From: Octopus vulgaris
Taxonomy: Eukaryota
DNA length: 64,000 bases
Assembly (NCBI GenBank): GCA_951406725.2
Contig: OX597817.1
Coordinates: forward strand, 113,274,001 to 113,338,000
Reading direction: 5' to 3'
In this document: one piece after another, positions 14,613 to 25,826 of the stretch
Position numbering within the stretch: the stretch's first letter is position 1
Layout of the letters: the number at the start of each line of letters is the position of its first letter
Notes under the pieces: generated by a model
The model's input: the letters and a program-made list of their open reading frames with translations, nothing else
What the model was told of the DNA's origin: nothing
Database searches by the model: none
Position numbers and translations under genes: made by a program

Positions 14613-15109
14613 GTAAGTATATAGATATGTTATTATAGTCATTGTTGTTGTTCTTGTTGCTTTTTCTGTTACTGATATCGTTGTTTCCATTATTTTGAGA
14701 TGTTCCTGTTTGGACAACTTTTCTCTAGATCGCATAACCAGCCATGAAAAATATTTCATTGACTTTTCCATCTTTATGAAGTTTAGTTGTGGAGAGAGAG
14801 AGGGAGGGAGGGAGAGGAGAAAGAGAAAGAGATGTCCTGAAATTTTAAGGCTTGCACTACATCAAGAATTCTTAACTGGGGTCCTTATGGCCCTTGGATT
14901 CCATATAAGATTTGGTTGTTAAAATTTATCTGCAATAAATCTGTTATACTTCTATAATACACAGAAATATTTTAACGATTTTTTTTTTCAATTCCTAAAA
15001 ATATTTAGTTGTAAAGATATAATAGGGTTTTTTACACATCAAATGGTTGAGGGTTCATCTGAGTAAAATAGGATTCAAAGGGACCCATGACAGGAAAATG
15101 GGTTGAGAC

Positions 15110-15610
15110 TGTGTTCCTGTCATCATCACTTTTACATCTATTTTACCATGCTTACATGTATTGAATGAGTCCTCCCCAACACAGCCTCTCACCATTTGTT
15201 GCAGTTTCTTTGTCAACACCTTTGTGAAGTGTAGTATCTTGAGATCAGCTTCCACCACCAAAGTTTTGTTAGTCTTCTTTTTCTTGTTTCCTTCCACTTG
15301 ATTGTCCCAGCTCTTCTTTACTGTCATCATTCATATACATTACATGTCCACACTAGCATTACTTATCCAGTGGAGCATGTTTAATTTCTTTCCAGCTTTC
15401 ACACATCCCCTGCATTCAGTGCTCATATCTCCCTACCATGCAACTTAATACTCTGTTCTCAATCACTGTACAGTCTACCCTTAGATTAAGGAGACAATCC
15501 TTTTCTTCCCAGTAGTGGTAAAAGCTCTTTGATTTTTTTTTTCCACCTTGTTCTTTCTCTGGTTATGCTTTCAGAGTACTCTCCTCTACTGCTGGTTATG
15601 AATTACTTCT
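15110..15610 (-). mobile_element. RTE-clade LINE 3' fragment
   Basis: Minus-strand VKKSWDNQVEGNKKKKTNKTLVVEADL resembles the RTE C-terminal VEGxRxRGRPRKTWxEVVxxDL; GAT-type tail near 15120. Confidence 0.55.
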
Positions 15611-15719
15611 ATGGAGGCTGCAGGACATTAGAAATAATTATTTTACTAGGGCTCTAGTTGCTAGGTATTCCTGTGATTTTACTATTTTACTATTCTGCTT
15701 TTAAATTTTATGTGTAAAG

Positions 15720-15962
15720 CTGTGCTTCCCAAAGTGGACTGTACTGCCCCATCCCCTGGGGGGGGAGATTCAGTGGGATAATAGGGATAATAGTTGAGCG
15801 ATAATAGGGTGGCCAAAAGGAGGTGATGAATGTGAAATACAGTTTTTTTTATTCTGCTGCAGAAAGTGGTCTATGTTTGTGGTGTTGAGTTGGGGAGGGG
15901 ATGCTAGGGATGTGGCCTGGGTGCCAAGGGAGCAGCAGCTTAAAAAAGTTTGGGAACCACTG
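15720..15962. mobile_element. hAT-type MITE
   Basis: TIRs ctgtgcttcccaaa / tttgggaaccactg with a perfect 8-bp TSD gtgtaaag (15712-15719 and 15963-15970). Confidence 0.8.
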
Positions 15963-16078
15963 GTGTAAAGCTATCATATATCACTTGAAAAGTATATCCT
16001 GATTGCTTGTAACACTTGAGAAAGAATTATACTTTCTTTTGCAACAAACCTTACTGTCCTGACTTTCTAACCATATAA

Positions 16079-16516
16079 ATATGCTGTTGTGTCTGGGGAG
16101 AGTCATTCTCTTTTAGTGCCTTATTATTTAACACACTCACCGGTAAATGCTGACATTTCATTGGTTAAAATTCGAAGAATTAAACTACGTTAAACTTACA
16201 AATTACAATTTTGTTTTCAATTTTGTTTACAATAATGTTTTCTTTTGACACATTCTACCAGTATACGAAGTTTCAAATTGTTTAGTTAACTAGAAAATTC
16301 CGTCCATCAAAAGGAAAAGATCCTTATTTTCTAAAATTTTCGCTGCGTCTTGCAACCTTTTCAATAGTCTTGACTCTCAAGACTATTGAAAAGGTTGCAA
16401 GATGCAGCGAAAATTTTAGAAAATAAAAATAAGAAATAAGTGGAAATTTTACTGGTGAGTGTGTTAAATAATAAGGCACTAAAAGAGAATGACTCTCCCC
16501 AGACTCAACAGAATAT
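16079..16516. mobile_element. PLE-type fold-back element with nested arms and U3:A8 hammerhead-like motifs
   Basis: Outer arms 16079-16148 / 16447-16516; inner ~50-bp hairpin 16324-16373 / 16377-16426 with a 3-nt loop. Plus arm reads cta-TTGAAAA-g-gttgca-aga-tgcagc-GAAA-AT-TT-tag (16383-16419). Confidence 0.75.
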
Positions 16517-16594
16517 GCTTCAACACACGAACTCATATAAAGAATCTTGCAAACCAAATCCAAAAATGAAACATATAAATATGCTTCATCATAA

Positions 16595-17245
16595 ATGTAT
16601 TCCTGTTTCCACTTAACCTTTTGAGTCAAACTCTATTGATGCTTCTACTAAAGTAAACAGAACCAGTTTTACAAGATACAAAAACAATATGTTAATGTTC
16701 AAAAATTCTGTAAAACATCAGATCCTCAATAGGCAAAGTTATGTTCAAAGCATCATTAAAATTATTTTAAATATCATGTCTAATTAACCTACTAATTTAA
16801 GGAAGGTAATATGAGTTTCACATGCATAAACAAAGAGTTATGCCCACTTAAATAGAACAGCCATAGAAAAGTAGTAACCTTTTTCACTAATATTAATTCA
16901 AATGTAGTAATAATGGCATCACTGCATTACAATACATTGGAATTATTGAGGGAAATTTCAAAAGCCTCTTCTAAAATTACATTTCACTATTGTAAAACAT
17001 AAACAAGAAAGAGGAATTGCACCATCCTTTCAATCTATATACAGATATTGAAAGATGGAATTAATCATTTAAAATTCTTAGAGGATACACTGAACCAAAA
17101 CAAATCTTACATTAATGGATCCAGAATCTTCAGCCTCTGTATTATGGAAATGTTCTACAATTAAACTAAATTCAAGACCTCAAATAATTATTTAATAAAA
17201 CGTTTGAAATTTTCTCCAAATGGCATTTACTACATAATATTAATA
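16595..17245 (+). pseudogene. Penelope-like element GIY-YIG endonuclease remnant (Naiad-like)
   Basis: FTCINKELCPLK*, QYIGIIEGNFKSLF*NY, RNCTILSIYIQILKD, KSYINGSRIFSLCIMEMFY and FEIFSKWH follow the CxCxxKxxCPL / YIGxxExxFKxRYxNH / TxLSxYIWxLK / GSxxCxLCxxEK / ExxSKCRH pattern. Confidence 0.75.
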
Positions 17246-18309
17246 AACACCTCAGAGCTAATTGAAACATAATTAAATACTTAATATACTTAATATTCTA
17301 GTGTTGGTCTATGTCAGTATAAGTATACAAGTGCATGTACATATAAATGGAAATTAGCAACATGCTGATACAGATGAAGAACACTTAAAACTTTCACTTG
17401 AATCACAAGCTGAAGAATATTCTATTTAGCATAGAATTTAAAGGCATGGGAAAATAGTAATTTTTATCTACTACATTATAACAATATATTCTCTCTGCAC
17501 AAAGTATTGAGTACTCATATTTTTATTTGTGAAACCACTTACAAATTATATATTTCTTCATCATCATCGTCTTGGCTTCCTCTTTTTCATACTAGCGTGG
17601 GTCAGACAGAATTCATTGAGGCAGATTTTCTATGGATGGGTGCTCATCCTGTCACTGATCTTTGCTTGTTTTCAAGCAAAGTAATATTTCTCCATGGACA
17701 CACATTTTCATAAAGGACTGGAAGCAATGGAAGCAATGGTAGCACTCATTTCCCACTGTCATGCCATGTCAAAACGAGGAGACACAAACACATATCTTTT
17801 ACTGGTTTCAGTCATTGAACTACAGCTATGCACCTGGGGAGCTACCTTGAGGAGTTTAGTTGAATGTATCAACCCCAGCACTTATTTTGTTAAGTCTGGT
17901 ACTTATTCTGTTTGTTTCCTTTGCCAAACTGCAAAATTATGGGAGATATAACCAAACAAACACTGGTTGTCAATCAACAACAGGGGACAAACACTGGTTG
18001 TCAATCAGCAACAGGGGACAAACACACACACACACATACACACAAAACATCGTCATCATCATTTAACATCTGTTCTCTTTGCTGACAAGGGTAGGGCAGT
18101 TTGATAGGAGCTGGCCAGCAGGAGAGCTGCCCAAGCTCCATATTTGGTACGGTTTGTACAGTTGGATACCCTTCCTAGTGCCAACCACTTTACAGAGTGT
18201 ACTAAGTGCTTTTACGTGGCACCAGCATGGGCACTACACACATGCATATAATAATAAAGATGAAAACAAATGGATAATACCAGTATTATTACATGTGTTT
18301 TGTTAAGAA

Positions 18310-19060
18310 AGATTTATTATGATTTACACATTGTGTCATACATCTTAGCATGCAATAACTTGTGAGATTATATAAAATTATGCAATAACATGTTTGCATA
18401 ACATTGCCACTTTGATTTCAACCATAATACCATTTGGTACATATCCCCTAATTAACCTCAGATGGTGTATTACCTCATAAAGTGGCAATGTTAATGAGTC
18501 AGATACATGCTTGTGTGTGTATGGAGGGGAGAAAATCAGGTGTAGTGTTGGCGAATCTCAGAAAGCATGGAAGTTTTGAAGGATGCAGTGCTCCGACAAC
18601 TAACAACTGATGCCGGCAGTTTGTTCCATGCTTCAGCAACTCTCAGCATGAAAAAATGTTTCCTAAAGCCATGGGAGCTGTGCTGTTTTCTGACTTTGTA
18701 AATATGTCCATGAGTGTTAGACAGGTGGAGTTTGAAAAGGTGCTCAGAGTTATTGTTTGTAAGATGGTTGATAATTTTATGGGTGCCTGCCAAGTCAGCT
18801 GCCAGATGTTGGAGTTTCAATGTGTCCATGCCCAGGGAAGTAAGGCGTTCAGAATATGGCAAATGCCTGATGGAGGGTATTCTTTTGGTTGCATGTTGCT
18901 GAACGGCTTCCAGACAATTGATATCCTGGGCAAGATAGGGGTTCCAGACCGGTGATGCAAATTCCAGGTGAGGTCTTACCATAGCTATATAAAGCTGCAG
19001 ATAGATAGTCGGAGAGCGGCTCACAAAGGATTTGGTGAGTGATGCCAAGACACCCTCCTC
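18310..19060 (-). mobile_element. CR1-clade LINE 3' fragment (ORF2 C-terminus 18536-19069 + 3' UTR)
   Basis: LYIAMVRPHLEFASPVWNP...LEAVQQHATKRIP...LPYSERL..LG...THGHIYK...FF.LRV.EAWN.LP..VV is the classic CR1/L2 post-RT region. Confidence 0.9.
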
Positions 19061-19332
19061 CTTCCCCAAAATTTCTGGCCTTGTGTCAAAATTTGAAACC
19101 AGTATTTATTGCTGACATATAATTTCATCAATCTAGAAAGTCTAAAATATATGAGACATCAGACTAGATAACATGATGTATGTAGTGTGCTTTTTATTCT
19201 TGTCTTCTCTCTATGTTCTGCAAATATTGATATAAATTAGAGGGTGTAATTTGCACAAAACATTATTAATGATTACAGCATAGAAGACACATTTTAACCA
19301 TTCAAAAAACATACAAAGATTGTTAACTTCAC

Positions 19333-19560
19333 TTAACCCTTTCATTACTGTATTCATTTTGAGATGCTCTGTGTTTCTTTCACTTACTTTAAATATAACA
19401 AACAATTTAGTAAAATAATTTAGTTATCATTCAGCTAGTGTTAGGAACATAACTTGTGACTAAGGTTTGGTGGAAGATTTTAATTCCAAACTTATGAAAA
19501 CAAGACATTTGTACTCAGAGCTAGGGCCGGTTTCAGCCGGGTTGGTAATGAAAGGGTTAA
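19333..19560. mobile_element. piggyBac-type MITE, family A
   Basis: TTAA-CCCTTTCATTAC ... GTAATGAAAGGG-TTAA; homologous copies at 22190-22418 and 36675-36884. Confidence 0.85.
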
Positions 19561-20295
19561 ACACTTACTGTTTGGTATCAAAATTCTCATCATACAGCTG
19601 CAACCTGGTCATTGACATGATTCCACTGCATCTGGTTTGTGAGGTTGTTGGTTATAGGTTCCAGATTGTTGTTTTTTTTTTCTATATGGTTGGATGCTTT
19701 ATGGTTGGTTAGTTAACTTTGGCAATAACTCTAAGCTATGTAGTTTGAGAAAAGGTAACACAGTTCTAAAGAAGGGTAATAATAGATTTATTTAATAATA
19801 AAAATTTCATTTCAGTTTTGTGATTAGAGCTAATATAGGTCAAAGTATTGAATAGAATTATTTTTACTTCCATCACTATCCTTTGATCATATTTACATAT
19901 TATTACCACTATGCTAAAACTATCTCACTGCCAAGCAAACTGTTATTTTCTGTAAACTCCAATCACTAATTATTTTATGCATGCTTTGCCCTCAAACAAG
20001 AAACTGAACATAGTATTTCACAACTTAAATTTCAATGAAATGCAAACTGACTAAATACTAAACTACCGCCAAGACAACTGAGTAATCTCTATAGGGTTGC
20101 TTGATCAACCTGCTAGAAATAGCTGTCAGATCACTTTGAAATTAAACCATCTTTAAATGGACACATTCCTTCATGTAGTCCTAGATATACAGGGAGATAG
20201 TTGGAATGCCTTTGTCATGCGTCTGTTCCTTAAGGATTGACCTGGGGGCCAAACAACAATAAAACAGTAATCTGCTATTATTAGAGTCGCCAAAT

Positions 20296-20578
20296 AATGT
20301 GGTAAACTGGCAGAATTATTATAGCATTAGGTAAAATGCCTAACTGTAATTCTTCCAAATCTTACATTATGAGTTCAAATTCTCCCAGAGTCATCTTTGT
20401 ACCAGTGAACTACTGGTATCGATGGTAAAATAAAGCACCCATGAAGTACTGGAGATAATAGTAAAATAAAGTACTAGTGAGGTACTGGGGTTGATAGTAA
20501 AATAAAGTACCAGTGAAGTACTGGACTATACCATCTACTCAAAATTGTTGGCATTGTGCTAAAATTTGAAACCATTAG
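20296..20578 (+). mobile_element. tRNA-derived SINE (Meta-core-like) with internal ~36-bp tandem duplication
   Basis: Same family as the 33108-36090 array; the unit taaaataaagtaccagtgaagtactgg... repeats 3-4 times at ~20398-20525. Confidence 0.65.
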
Positions 20579-20713
20579 TAGTGTAACCAAACATTTCTGC
20601 AAAATTATTTGACTTATTAGGAATGTTCTGGATCTTTTTGCAAAGAATTCAAGTTTTGTGATATTCAAACTTTATAAGAAATGGCAAATTTGTATATTTT
20701 TTATTTTATTTAG

Positions 20714-20775
20714 TTTATCATTAGAAGATATGAAAAACTGGTCTGAATCTTTTGACCGACTTATAAGAAGTAATG
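20714..20775 (+). CDS. RGS17/19/20: RGS domain exon 1 (LSLEDMKNWSESFDRLIRSN)
   Basis: tttattttatttag acceptor, GTAAGT donor at 20776. Matches RGS helices 1-2 (cf. RGS17 PTAEEVLSWSQNFDKMMKAP); g|gt joins the next exon in frame. Confidence 0.92.
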
Positions 20776-20872
20776 GTAAGTACACTATTAAATACTTTAC
20801 AGCTGCTCTTTTTATTGTTACCTTTCATATTCTTCTAATTCTTGTGGTTTTACTTGTTTGTAGATTTTTTTC

Positions 20873-21362
20873 TTAAACCCTTTAGCATTCAGATTACTCT
20901 ATCAAATGTAATGCTTATTTATTTAATTTGTTTTAAATTAATCATACAATACCTTGTGGCTTTAAAATTTCAATGATGTGATTGTTTAATCTTAGAATGA
21001 CATTGTATGGGAGATGTGGCCGTTGCCAGCCTCATCTGGCCCCCATGCCAGTGGCACGTAAAAAGCACCATCCGATCGTGGCCGTTTGCCAGCCTCGTCT
21101 GACACCTGTGCAGGTGACACGTAAAAAGCACCCACTACACTCACGGAGTGGTTGGCGTTAGGAAGGGCATCCAGCTGTAGAAACACTACCAGATCAGACT
21201 GGGCCTGGCGCAGCCTTCTGGCTTCCTAGACCACAGTTGAACCATCCAACCCGGACGTTAAATGATGATGATGATGTGAGAGGTTAGATCTGACTGGTTT
21301 GAACATAAAACAGGTTGAATATTTGGGCCAGATATGACCAGTTTAAGTGTTAAAGGGGTTAA
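20873..21362. mobile_element. piggyBac-type MITE, family B, with nested SINE (21013-21275)
   Basis: TTAA-bounded ccctttagcatt...gtgttaaagggg; an uninterrupted copy lies at 29005-29227. Confidence 0.75.
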
Positions 21363-21867
21363 CCTTTTGTCATTTAACCCTTTTCTGATAATATTTCTAA
21401 TGACGAACTGCCTATGTGTTCTAATTCATTTTGAAAATAATGATGAAATGAAATGAATTTAGTACAATTTAGTAAAACCTTTCTCATTATTAAGCTGATA
21501 TCTGGAATATAACTTAACTTATATGATGCATGGATGTCAGAGAAACAAATATGTTCTGTGTATCACATGTAATACTCAGGACTGGCAAAAGGTTTCAAAA
21601 ATGTTACTTAAAATCACAATGGAAGCTTTTAATTTAAATATGGTCACTTTAAAATGGTTATTTTGTATCATATTTTACAGGTTGGTACAAAAGGTGTTAA
21701 AGGTGTATAGCTATGAAGTTTTCCTTTCTTAATAAAGCAGTGGTATTGGTAGTTAGTCCTATAACATTATAAGATCACTGTAGTGCCACTGATGATCCAG
21801 TACTCTTCTAGGTATTCTGAGATAATATTTATTCTTATCATTTATACACTGTTGCTTATATACATGA

Positions 21868-22160
21868 AGGCACATGGTTTAGTGGTTAGGGTATTTGGCT
21901 CATGATCACGAGGTTGTGAGTTTGATTACCAGTGACACATTGTACCATTGAGCAAGACACTTTATTTCACATTGCTCCGGTCCACTCAGTTGGCAAAAAT
22001 GAGTTGTACCTGTATTTAAAAGGGGCCAGCTTTGTCACACTCTTTGTCCCACTGAATCTCCCAGAGAACTATGTTAAGGGTATGTGTCTGTGGAGTGCTC
22101 AACCACTTGCATGTTAATTTCACAAACAGGCTGTTCCAACAAGTGGATCAACTAGAACAC
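21868..22160 (+). mobile_element. tRNA-headed SINE
   Basis: A-box-like tggtttagtggttag and B-box-like gagtttgattacc, followed by a ttgagcaagacactttatttcac core-like segment. Confidence 0.55.
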
Positions 22161-22639
22161 TTGATATGGCTTGTTTAAATGCTGAAAGGTTAACCCTTTT
22201 GTTACTGTATTTATTTTGAGATGCTCTGTGTTTCTTTAAATTATTTTAAATATAACAATGAATTTAGTAAAATAACTTAGTTATCATTCAGTTAGTGTTA
22301 GGAACATAAATTGCAACTAAGGTTTGGTGGTATATTTTAATGAAAAACTAATGAAAACAAGACATTTATACTACAGAGCCAGAGCCGGTTTTGGCCAGGT
22401 TGGTAACGAAAGGGTTAAAGGTATTTTTATTCTCTTAGGCCTCCAATGAACTTGGTAAAGTACAGATATCTGTATTTCCCTCAACTCCTAAGAATATAGT
22501 GCCTTGTACCTAGAATAATATTATTCTGTAAGATTCAAAGTTAAGTGTTTTTGTATCTCCTGAAATGTTACCTACTTCACTTGAATTTGCAAAAAATAAA
22601 AATAAGAAAGAAGTAAATTGAAAAATTTACTATTTTTAG

Positions 22640-22806
22640 GTGGTCGAAGAAAATTTCGAGAATTCCTTCGAATGGAATATAGTGAAGAAAATATGTTATT
22701 TTGGCTAGCATGTGAAGAACTAAAGAGGGAACAAAATTCTGAATTAATAGAAGAAAAAGCCAGATTAATATACGAAGATTATATTTCTATACTGTCTCCA
22801 AAAGAG
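22640..22806 (+). CDS. RGS17/19/20: RGS domain exon 2 (GGRRKFREFLRMEYSEENMLFWLACEELK...ARLIYEDYISILSPKE)
   Basis: Near-identical to the vertebrate RGS17/19/20 core; tatttttag acceptor, GTAAGT donor at 22807, phase 0 end. Confidence 0.97.
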
Positions 22807-23179
22807 GTAAGTTTAATTGCCTTAGAACTATTTTATAAAATTTCTGAATTCTCTGTGTATATCTAAAAGAAAATACTTTGATATGATTAATTATCCACTA
22901 ACTATTGATAAGTTTAAAAATGTGAATTGACTGATATTTTTTATATGTGCGTGTGTATATATATTAGTTTGTAACAATCATACAAACACAATAGTTGACA
23001 TAACTAAAAGTTTTGCACAAATCCGATATCTGATAGACCTATAGTCATCACTGTGCCTGTTTGGAGCAAGAATTATCACTGCAAAAATAAGTGGAGAGGG
23101 ACTGAGTTCTATATGAAAAGTTAATGTGCATGTGTATGCGTGTGCACACATACACAGATGCACACACATGTTCTTATAT

Positions 23180-24338
23180 TGTTATGACCTGGTGATCATA
23201 ACCCAAATTTACAGAATCAATGAGGATAGGGTGAACCCAAAACAACAACACACCATGAATATTTTCTAAAATATTATTAACAATAGTCAGCATAAAAACA
23301 GTTTACATACAAACGAATATATACACGAACAAAAAGCAAATGCTACACCAGATGTGCAGTCAAAATATTTACAAAGATAACATATATATATATATATACA
23401 GTTCAGAATTTGAACTCCTAATCCCAGTTTTTAGTTTCACTAAAATTGGCCTCACACAAAGCCTGGCCTCACAAATTTGGTTTTTCAAATATATGCCTTC
23501 CGAAAATTTGGATTTCATAAAATCTGGATTTCCACTTTAATACAATTTTGGTTTTCGAACCTCGGATTTTGAACAGTGGCTATCAAACAGTGGATTTCGA
23601 GCAGTGGATTTTCAAACAGTGGATGTCGAACCTTGGAATGTCATAAAATCTGTCTTCTATCAATTCAGTGTTCAACCTTGGATTTCAAACCTTGGACCTA
23701 AACATAATTAAATCTAATGTCAAAGCAACCATTTAAACTAAAGGTTCATGACACAAAACCGCTGCCAGAACACATCAATAATTATAGTTAAAAAATTAAA
23801 TAGTCAAACAAAAAGCTAGTTTGCTTTAAATTCACACAAAACTGCTTCATACAAGAATGCTGAGTAATCATTAGACAAAATTTACAGTTAGTTGTCTTAT
23901 ACAAAAATTCGCTACGTGAAAAATTAAAATTCATACACTCTTTAGCTATTTATACAAATTTTAACATTTATCTTAACAGAAATTAGCTAGCAAAATTACT
24001 ACACAACCTACCACAAATGCAGGGTTCAAAATTCACATAAATATTACAACATAACTTAAGAGATTTTTGTACTCACCCAGATGTGACACAGAAATTATTT
24101 TAAATATGACAAAAGTTCTGGCGAATTTGTGGAGCATAAAATAAATCCATAAAAGCCTAACACAAAGCACAAAGGGCATAAACTAAGCAGGCAATCATAG
24201 CTTCCAGAATCCAATTGAACAACTTTGTCTCACAGAAAAAAACTGTCACAAAAACTGGGGGGTAAAATTATCTCTGCTTATAAAGGTTTGCCAGGGTCTA
24301 GCCAATTTGTTATAGTTTCACAGTTTTGGCTAATAACA
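23180..24338 (-). mobile_element. Possible solo LTR with internal ~15-bp tandem repeats
   Basis: Bounded by tgttat...ataaca (TG...CA); TATA-like tttataag on the minus strand near 24280; ggatttcgaacagt-type units at ~23480-23700. No matching TSD found. Confidence 0.35.
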
Positions 24339-24589
24339 CCTAGCTTCATGTATTTTGACAATGGACTGCATCCTTACCTTACAGTGCAGCATGAAAAACT
24401 ATTTACCTGTTTAACTTAACATTATAATTTATAATTTCCATGGTTGAAATCTACATTTGAAGTAAGTGTGATATTTTGTTGTTAGAGGTTTCCCCTTGTG
24501 GGTGTACCATGTTTGTTTCCCGTTTAAAATTATTGTTTGCTCTCCTGAGTATTTGTTGAATTGTTTTCTTCTTCCCATTTATGGGAGAA

Positions 24590-25130
24590 CCAATGGGAAG
24601 AAGTACAATGGAAAGTGAACCAGCCAAGAGCCACAGTTATGCGGCTGCAACTGGCAAAGGTATCGAAGTCCAAGATTTGGAAGTGCAAGAAATAAAAATT
24701 GAGCTGGAAATGTTAAAGGAATGTGGCAACCTTTTAGAAAAAGAAGGCCATAATCTAAAGTTGACACCTCCACTCGAATTAACATATAGTGTAAAGAGGA
24801 AAACAATAATTTATAAAACACTGAAATATCATCCAAGAAAATTGAAGTAGCACCAATAGAAGAAATTGAGCAAAGTTTAAAAGAGATTAAAAAGCAGATG
24901 ACATTCATAACAAGAGGAAGAAAATATGGCACTGTGGAGGTGCGTTTTGATAGCGATGTCGAAGCGATAATGCACTCCACGGATGCCATAATAGCTTAAT
25001 CAAAGGAGAATGAGTATTGGCCATGACTCCCTATAAACCTTTCCAGGGTTTCTGAGACAGGTAGGAATAAAGAGGAAGTTATCCTCTGACCAGAGAACCA
25101 ACCCAAATACTTACAAATGAGAGAAGAATC
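24590..25130 (+). mobile_element. Possible LINE ORF1 (gag-like) 5' fragment
   Basis: The ORF carries the SYAAA motif typical of non-LTR ORF1 N-termini and continues after a frameshift (APIEEIEQSLKEIKKQMTFITRGRKYGTVEVRF). Intronic, no splice support. Confidence 0.45.
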
Positions 25131-25138
25131 TGTTAAAG

Positions 25139-25433
25139 CAGTGGTTCTCAACCAGAGTCCATATAAGATTTTTAGGGTCCACACAACAAAATAGTAAATT
25201 GGGGATCCACAATAGTATTTTAAGGGCCCCTGAAAAAATTTTGCTTTAGATGTATGTATTGGTGTGTAATGCAAAAAACAGCTAGGTTTAAGCTAATGTG
25301 CAAAAAAGAAAATTAGGAATTTTAAAAGAAGTATTGAGAAAACTAGTTTTTAAACACCAATCACTATAGTGGTCCACCAGAATAAAATACTATTCAAAGG
25401 GGTTCATTGATAAAAAATAGTTGAGAACCCCTG
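25139..25433. mobile_element. hAT (Charlie/Buster-type) MITE
   Basis: TIRs cagtggttctcaacc / agttgagaacccctg; TSD tgttaaag / tcttaaag (7 of 8). An inverted homologous copy lies at 47171-47496. Confidence 0.8.
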
Positions 25434-25826
25434 TCTTAAAGTTACTCAAGAGCTAGAAGAGGGGTTGATAAACTGGGCAATGGAGTAATACATAGCATAT
25501 TTTAAGGTGGAGAGCTGGCAGAATCATTAGCACACCAGACAAAGTGCATAGTGGCAATTTGTCTATCATTACATTCTGAGTTCAAATTCTGTCGAGGTTG
25601 ATTTTGCCTTTCATCCTTTTAGATTGATAAAATAAGTATCAGTTGAGCACTGGAATCAATGTAATCAACTTACCCTCTACCCCAAAATTGCTGGCCTTGT
25701 ACCAAAATTTGAAACCAATAATGTGGTTACCAGCTTTAAAATATGGACGAAAATTGCTTCTTACTTGTTGTTCTTGTGGTTGTTGCTGCTGATGATTTTA
25801 GTTTAAAATGTTTTATTTCTTTGCAG

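Noticed and set aside
17405-17450. CTGAAGA + attctat/atagaat hairpin downstream of a PLE remnant
   Set aside because: Plausible HHR relic by position, but G12 is missing and stems I and III are not recoverable.
20398-20525. ~36-bp repeats resembling a CRISPR array
   Set aside because: No unique spacers, no cas genes and a eukaryotic context; it is an internal tandem duplication of a SINE.
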